From an uncultured delta proteobacterium (GTDB lineage: Bacteria; Desulfobacterota; Binatia; Binatales; Binataceae), in assembly GCA_963813785.1 (NCBI GenBank), contig CAWFAJ010000002.1:7654-71653 (forward strand): a stretch of 64,000 nucleotides of DNA. Reading direction: 5' to 3'. Both the position numbers and the translations under genes were made by a program. The notes beneath the pieces are model-generated. The model had not been told where the DNA came from. It searched no databases and saw only the letters and a list, made by a program, of their open reading frames with translations. Positions 62,926 to 64,000 of the stretch are shown here, one piece after another. How positions within the stretch are numbered: position 1 is the stretch's first letter; each line of letters opens with the position of its first letter.

Positions 62926-64000
62926 ATGCAGAACGGGAATGAAGGAATCGGCGGAACGCGGTGGCGGAGTCTATTGGTGGCCGCCGTGGCAGCGGTCGGG
63001 ACGCTATGGGCATCGGCCGCAATGGCGACGATCACGCAGGGCGATTTTTCAGTTTTTGGATTTTTCGAAACTCGCGAGGCCGGTCACTGGGGCGCAGGCA
63101 GCTCGAGTATCGACTCAACGCCGACGAGGCTGGTTCAATCCGCCGGACAGACGTACGCGCTTCCCGGGCAGTCGTTCGGGATGACGGGCGGCAGTTTCGA
63201 TTTCAATCATTGGGATCTGGCGGAGCAGCGCAACCTGGCGGACGTGCGGCCCGATTACCACATGATCAAGAACTACAAGCTGCTGGGCCGCTTCGACACG
63301 CTGTTTATCAAGGATGCGGACTTCTTCGCGTACTACCGGCCGTGGTACGACTCGTACGGCTCGCTCAAGAACGACGGGCGGCAGAGGCCGAACACGGATG
63401 TGGTTCCGTACTCCTCGCAAGGAATGCAGGCGATCCAGCAGCAATACATCAAGGATGATCTGCGCGAGTATTATGCGCAGTTGAACTTTACCGACAACTT
63501 CTCGGCACGAATCGGCAAGCAGCAGGTGATCTGGACGGAAGCCGACGCGCTGTCAGGAACCGAAGTCACCAACCCGGTTAATGCGACCTGGCACGGAGTA
63601 TATGGAGCAGAGTCGCCCGAAGACCAGCGCACCAACGTGCGGATGATCAAGCTGAACTACATCCTGCCCGACTACTTCAAGACCGCCAACAACGAGATCG
63701 AAGCCTTCATCATCCCCGGCGACTTCCAGGGCGCCGGGATTAAAGTCCAACAAGACCCGCGCAATCCGTGGGTGGCGCCGGCGGCCCTGTTCGGTGGCTG
63801 CCCGATCAAGACCTGCCCATCTACGACCGCTGGCCTCGGCGGCATCGACTCGCCGTTTCCGTTCAACTTCAACCAGAACGGGCAGATGATAAACGTCAGC
63901 GAACTGCCCAACGCGGGTGGATGGAACTTTGCACAGTCGATGATCGCGCTGCCCTTCGGATCGTATAAAGGGAAGCCCGCGTATCAATTTTACGATGTCA
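62926..64000 (+). CDS. partial (3'-truncated by the window) secreted outer-membrane-type protein, possibly DUF1302-like
   Basis: Not in the supplied ORF track because no stop is reached. The frame was checked by hand and is open from the ATG at 62926 to the window end (358 codons). Signal peptide LLVAAVAAVGTLWASAAMA; aromatic-rich beta-strand-like sequence; an IGKQQVIWTE motif. The DUF1302 assignment is from memory only. Confidence 0.4.
   Translation, partial: MQNGNEGIGGTRWRSLLVAAVAAVGTLWASAAMATITQGDFSVFGFFETREAGHWGAGSSSIDSTPTRLVQSAGQTYALPGQSFGMTGGSFDFNHWDLAEQRNLADVRPDYHMIKNYKLLGRFDTLFIKDADFFAYYRPWYDSYGSLKNDGRQRPNTDVVPYSSQGMQAIQQQYIKDDLREYYAQLNFTDNFSARIGKQQVIWTEADALSGTEVTNPVNATWHGVYGAESPEDQRTNVRMIKLNYILPDYFKTANNEIEAFIIPGDFQGAGIKVQQDPRNPWVAPAALFGGCPIKTCPSTTAGLGGIDSPFPFNFNQNGQMINVSELPNAGGWNFAQSMIALPFGSYKGKPAYQFYDV

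Overview
This window is high-GC (roughly 63-66%) bacterial chromosomal DNA, densely coding on both strands. Most of it encodes ordinary metabolic and regulatory genes; the DUF1302/DUF1329 proteins and the MacA periplasmic-adaptor subunit point to a Gram-negative-type envelope. Main blocks, from the left end:
- a nitrogen-assimilation cluster on the minus strand: Ser/Thr kinase, PP2C phosphatase, Amt ammonium transporter, Lrp and glutamate synthase gltBD;
- a frameshift-riddled APC amino-acid permease;
- F420-type redox enzymes (LLM oxidoreductase and a DUF385 deazaflavin-type nitroreductase), an amidase, a class-III aminotransferase, a ClC channel with CBS domains, etfBA, an epoxide-hydrolase-like hydrolase and an ABC-F ATPase;
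- a macAB-type tripartite ABC exporter followed directly by a tandem array of LolA-like DUF1329 genes (two intact copies plus a truncated third);
- tRNA-Thr(CGT) followed by a small islet holding a di-haem CCP/MauG-like cytochrome with a large insertion, bracketed by ~45-bp direct repeats that are relics of an LLM gene, plus a relic of a PLD/cardiolipin-synthase gene;
- a methyltransferase, a DUF2236 protein and a giant zinc-ribbon/class-III-cyclase/STAND-ATPase/TPR protein;
- a lower-GC orphan membrane protein;
- a higBA toxin-antitoxin pair with a consensus promoter;
- a Fur/PerR-rubrerythrin-CCG Fe-S-DUF3501 oxidative-stress cluster with an autoregulatory Fur box;
- a REP/MITE-like palindromic repeat family in at least three copies and a dense hairpin array;
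- a multiply frameshifted NHL-repeat gene;
- a partial DUF1302-like outer-membrane protein running off the right edge.
No CRISPR array, rRNA, transposase or integrase gene is visible. The most promising candidate for a new system is the MacAB plus tandem DUF1329 (LolA-like) module. The kinase/phosphatase-coupled amt gene and the tRNA-linked CCP islet are the next most interesting.
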